Below, piece by piece: positions 11,487 through 15,861 of a stretch of 15,861 nucleotides of DNA; the stretch's first letter is position 1, and each line of letters opens with the position of its first letter. A program made the position numbers and the translations under genes. Location of the stretch: positions 1 to 15,861 of the forward strand of contig JAQGDQ010002074.1 in the NCBI GenBank assembly GCA_030141605.1, given 5' to 3'. Under the pieces are notes generated by a model. The model was given only the letters and a program-made list of their open reading frames with translations. It ran no database searches and was not told the DNA's origin. Source of the stretch: Tubiluchus corallicola (taxonomy: Eukaryota; Animalia; Priapulida).

Positions 11487-11645
11487 CTGAAATTATGATA
11501 ATTAAATTGTTACAATTAAAAAAAAACAGGAAACTTATGTTAACACGGCCTTCTATACAATAGTTTTCATGCAATCAACTAACATTAAGCAATTGCTCTA
11601 AATGCTAATTTATTACAAAGTACCAACAAGGTAACAATTACCATT

Positions 11646-11919
11646 TTGCCCAAAGAGGAAAAAACTTTTTAAAATGGCTTTGTCGTTGATGTGTGTGTTT
11701 TTCATTCTAGCCTGTAGTTACGTTTAAAACCCATGATGCAGTCATTTCTTTTTCTTATTGCTAATTCTAATTGCTTGCATCGTTGCCCAAAGAGAAAAAA
11801 ACTTTTTAAAATGGCTTTGTCGTTGATGTGAGAGTTTTTCATTCTAGCCTTTAGTAAAGTTTAAAACCCATAAAACAATAATTTCTTTTTCTTATTGCTA
11901 ATTCTACTCGCTTGCATTG
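11646..11919. repeat. Tandem duplication of a 137-bp segment (2 diverged copies)
   Basis: TTGCCCAAAGAG...GCTTGCAT starts at 11646 and again at 11783. Confidence 0.93.
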
Positions 11920-12114
11920 TGTTTACCAACATGCTAAGATACACTTGCATCAGGATAATGTAAAGAGTTACTACTGCTAGGCTTCACACTTCGGGCTTCA
12001 TGCTCATAAGCAAAGCGAAGGTAATCATTAATCAGGTTTACAATGATTAAATCATGAAATGATTGATGTTGTAGGAGTTTAGAGTGTATCAGCCACCCAG
12101 TTTATGAAGGATGC

Positions 12115-12242
12115 TTGGCATCCTTCTGTATCGGAAGACAATGGAGTGTGCGCCAAGAGAGTCAGTTATTGATCACATTGATGGAGCTGCAGCATCGACT
12201 GTGGCTGAGCAGTGCAATCCTTGAACGTCTCCAGGGCGCACG
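12115..12242 (-). mobile_element. 5'-truncated copy of the 5S/RTE SINE 3' end
   Basis: Highly similar to 4119-4246 with the same 3' terminus and an abrupt 5' truncation, typical of target-primed reverse transcription. Confidence 0.9.
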
Positions 12243-12912
12243 AGATTGTCCGTAAGTCGGCAGTTATTCAAACATGAATCTCCATTTCATGAGGATCATT
12301 TTCATACCAAGTTCATCACTTTATGCTATTTCTAAGCTGAGATAATCCACGTTGAAGTTAAGGTGAAAACATAATTTAGAGAAAATCTCTGTTAAAGTTA
12401 GCCATTGTTTTTTGTCGTGTTTCTGCAAAACACTTAGCAACCGTTCAAATGTAGGTTGGTACAGACTTTATAAGAGCACAGTGAAGTTAAGTTTAAATCC
12501 CGCACATGGCTCTCCCTCTGATGAAGATGTGCACTTAGAAGCGGAAAAAACCCGAAGCAGTGCTTCCAAGAGCTACAATCGGAGTTTGAAAACACAAGTT
12601 TTTGACAATTGCAGTACTAATTTCTAGCCAGCAAAGCGGGTACGTGGTATTAAATAAGATTCTTAGTATTTTTGAACGTTTTCTTGATAATTTGATGCTA
12701 AAATAAAATAAAAAAGTCCAAATGCATTTAGCATTTGTTTCTATATTAGATCAAGTATTTGGTACATTCTACTTTGAAGCAACATAACGTAGTTTTAAGT
12801 ATGCCATGGACGGTTTTGTTTTGCAAGCACACAAATGCGAAGTCCCAAAACCACAAAGCAACTACTAGCTCCACCATAATCTCCACTATAATTTTTCCAT
12901 GGTCCTACTGAC

Positions 12913-13082
12913 CTCTCTGGTAGCAGTCTGTCATTAGCAAGGAATCCTGGCTGATGACTCTCCTTATTGAAGTCACCATATTTAGCTTGGCAGGCATAGG
13001 AAGCCAAAAGTACGGATGTCTCGGGTGGACAGTAAATTTCATCACTCAGGATGGCGTCTTTCACTTGCAGGTAAAACATCCT
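12913..13082 (-). CDS. Moe: ERM (moesin/ezrin/radixin) coding exon A, FERM F2 lobe, 170 nt, phase 0 to 2
   Basis: Translates [56 protein letters not shown](R), a hallmark ERM sequence. Acceptor tttacatcgcag|AGG, donor AG|gtcagt. Confidence 0.96.
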
Positions 13083-13243
13083 CTGCGATGTAAACAGAAT
13101 TCATTTAGTACATAAAACGCTTAGGTACCTGAAGGATTCAAATGTCTAAATTAATTAGATGGAATGGGCGTAACTATCTAACGACGGTAGTAACTGAAAA
13201 TGTCTTCAATTAGTCAACCAATGATGTCGTCTCATTAACGAAT

Positions 13244-13705
13244 TGTTGTGTTTTGTTTCTCTCGGAAGGCTCGTAGAGAAAGCCAGAAAACACTTCGTCA
13301 AATTAAACTAGTTTATTAAGCGAGAATTCTGGTTGCTGTTGTGTTTTGTTTCTCTCGGAAGGCTCGTAGAGAAAACCAGAAAACACGTCGTCAAATTAAA
13401 CTAGTTTATTAAGCGAGAATTCTACAACACAAAAGTATGAAGGAACGCGAAATGATTACACTAAACGTGAAAATCTGGAAAACGTTTGAGTGTATCTGAA
13501 AATGCAAGTATACAAGAGAATGTGTAAGTGGCGTCCGTGTGAATCTGTGTGTGACCCTCAGTGGTCTGCTTCGCCTTATATGGCGCGCCCGAGAAGCTTC
13601 TAGAAGTTTTGTTCCAGAACATTCTACAATATAAGACGATTATTCTAACAGAACATTCTACAATGATCTGTGTAATACTAATAGATGCCATCGATCTCCA
13701 CAACA
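13244..13705 (-). mobile_element. Solo LTR copy 2 (sense to ERM) with a tandemly duplicated 3' end
   Basis: Reverse-complement homolog of 9036-9448. Terminal ~87 bp present twice (13244-13330, 13337-13423). TSD CGAAT/CAAAT brackets the whole structure. Confidence 0.85.
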
Positions 13706-13842
13706 CAAATTAACAAAATTAACATAACATTAACAAACAACACAACGTATTAACAAAACTTTTTTATTCCACTTAATCCAACTAGTTGCAAAAAATATAA
13801 ATTTCATAACAGGATACATGAAAATAAAAACAGTGTCTTTAC

Positions 13843-13860
13843 CTTTGTACTCTGTGGTAC
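13843..13860 (-). CDS. Candidate 18-nt microexon of the ERM gene (VPQSTK in phase 0)
   Basis: Minus strand reads tttctttatttccttaataatag|GTACCACAGAGTACAAAG|gtaaag: pyrimidine tract, AG, 18 nt without a stop in phase 0, strong donor, and phase compatible with exon A. Confidence 0.4.
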
Positions 13861-13991
13861 CTATTATTAAGGAAATAAAGAAACTATAATTATGATACTT
13901 GAACTAAATAAATTTTACTCATAATTTAGCAATCTGTTCATATCATTTAATCTTACAGTTGTCTACAAATAAGTCTTATAAATTTAGTCCT

Positions 13992-14303
13992 TGTTGGGAA
14001 GATCTGGAATATTCTATAGTATAGTAGAACAATCTTCTTACCTTGTAGGCATTTCTAGAACTTTCTATTTCTAGGTTGTTCATTTGCACTGATATATAAG
14101 GCGGAGTTGGTCGCTGGAGTTTATTCTCAGATTCTCAGATACACTTTCTAGTTTTCATGTTTCTAGATTATCACCTGACTGTGTATATTTCGTGTTCCTT
14201 CATACTTTTGTGTTGTAGAATTCTCGCATAATAAACTAGTTTAATTTAATGACATGTTTTCTGGTTTTCTCTACGAGCCTTCCGAGAGAAACAAAACACA
14301 ACA
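13992..14303 (+). mobile_element. Solo LTR copy 3, related subfamily with a divergent 5' half
   Basis: TGTTG...CAACA termini, TATATAAGGCG, AATAAA; last ~120 bp closely match copies 1 and 2; TSD GTCCT/GTCGT. Confidence 0.82.
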
Positions 14304-14318
14304 GTCGTTCATTTTAAT

Positions 14319-14695
14319 TAGGGGTGAGCATCGAACGCTCAAAGTCGATTCGAACGAGTTTTTTTTAGTTCAGACTCGATTCGAATCCAAAACTATAGAT
14401 TCGAATAATTCAACACTTCAATCACATACGTTCTTTATCACTAAAACTATTGAAACGTCATGCAATTAGCATAATTTAGCTGTGATTTCTGTGCAAAATT
14501 TTAAGCAAATTACTAGTCGTTTTATTACAGAACAAAATCTAGTGATATGCATGATCTTTGTAAGACTAATTTTTACTGGTGGTTCGAAAACTTGTTCGAA
14601 AATCTTTCAATCTCAATTCGAATTCGGTTCGAATTTGAAACACTGAAGTTCGGTTCGATTCGAATTCGCTTTCTGGTAGAGAATGCTCACACCTA
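14319..14695 (+). mobile_element. hAT-type MITE family 1, copy b, 377 bp
   Basis: TIRs TAGGGGTGAGCAT / ATGCTCACACCTA; perfect 8-bp TSD ATTTTAAT (14311-14318, 14696-14703); TTCGA subterminal repeats. Confidence 0.9.
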
Positions 14696-15014
14696 ATTTT
14701 AATTGAGCGTTATATTTGTCAAACTTTTTATATTTTACTATCTGACATAATTTTATTGTGATCACTACTTCACACATTGTAAGGCCGTGTTTTTATCTGT
14801 GTGATCATTCAAACTCATCGTTAGCGACATTATTTTTTAATTTGGACTAACTTCTTACAACATTGTATGTGATCTATTATTAGCATGCTGTATCCGTGTT
14901 AGTCAATAAATTCAATTCAATTCAACTCCTGACAAACACTCAAATCAATAAATTCGAAGACTTAAATCTAGACTACAGGCAATAATTAAATTTAGTGAGC
15001 CAGGTGGTGAGACC

Positions 15015-15861
15015 GCTCAGCAAGTGAATAGATAACTGCAAAAAGTTTCTAAGAGTACTAATTTTAGACTAACTGACTAATTAAGTGATTTGCGTGCTCA
15101 GCAAGTGAATAGATAACTGCAAAAAGTTTCTAAGAGTACTAATTTTAGACTAACTGACTAACTAAGTGATTTGTGTGCTCAGCAAGTGAATAAATAAAAA
15201 CAAAAAGTTTCTAAGAGTACTAATTTTAGACTAACTGACTAACTAAGTGATTTGTGTGCTCAGCAAGTGAATAGATAACTGCAAAAAGTTTCTCAGAGTA
15301 CTAATTTTAGACTAACTGACTAACTAAGTGATTTGTGTGCTCAGCAAGTGAATAGATAACTGCAAAAAGTTTCTAAGAGTAATAATTTTAGACTAACTGA
15401 CTAACTAAGTGATTTGTGTGCTCAGCAAGTGAACAGATAACTGCAAAAAGTTTCTAAGAGTACTAATTTTAGACTAACTGACTAACTAAGTGATTTGTGT
15501 GCTCAGCAAGTGAATAGATAACTGCAAAAAGTTTCTCAGAGTACTAATTTTAGACTAACTGACTAACTAAGTGATTTGTGTGCTCAGCAAGTGAATAGAT
15601 AACTGCAAAAAGTTTCTAAGAGTACTAATTTTAGACTAACTGACTAACTAAGTGATTTGTGTGCTCAGCAAGTGAATAGATAACTGCAAAAAGTTTCTAA
15701 GAGTACTAATTTTAGACTAACTGACTAACTAAGTGATTTGTGTGCTCAGCAAGTGAATAGATAACTGCAAAAAGTTTCTAAGAGTACTAATTTTAGACTA
15801 ACTGACTAACTAAGTGATTTGTGTGCTCAGCAAGTGAATAAATAAAAACAAAAAGTTTCTA
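15015..15861 (+). repeat. 81-bp tandem array, at least 10 copies, truncated by the window end
   Basis: GCTCAGCAAGTGAATAG... recurs at 15015, 15096, 15177 and onward with very few variants. Confidence 0.97.

Noticed and set aside
13120-13145. Minus-strand ccttcag|gtacct as a recursive splice site
   Set aside because: Only ~45 nt from the real acceptor with a weak donor; likely chance.

Overview
AT-rich animal genomic DNA (invertebrate; the 5S-derived sequence looks most like lophotrochozoan 5S). The window lies inside one minus-strand ezrin/radixin/moesin (ERM) gene. Six GT-AG coding exons cover FERM lobes F2-F3 and the start of the alpha-helical domain, and there is a candidate 18-nt microexon. 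The introns are packed with repeats: two inverted arrays of a 44-bp satellite, 38-bp and 81-bp tandem arrays, a complex (TG)n tract, three hAT-type MITEs with 8-bp TSDs, three related solo LTRs, a full-length 5S rRNA-headed SINE with an RTE-like body plus a truncated copy, a tRNA/Meta-type SINE and a LINE 3' fragment. Most notable: (i) every exon is bracketed by an inverted repeat pair, including an LTR pair around a 498-nt phase-0 exon block that would form a stop-free circRNA and mirrored satellite arms around one exon; (ii) the 5S-RTE SINE carries a duplicated, covarying RNA structural module; (iii) the microexon candidate. Repeat family assignments rest on visible structure and recalled consensus motifs; no searches were run.
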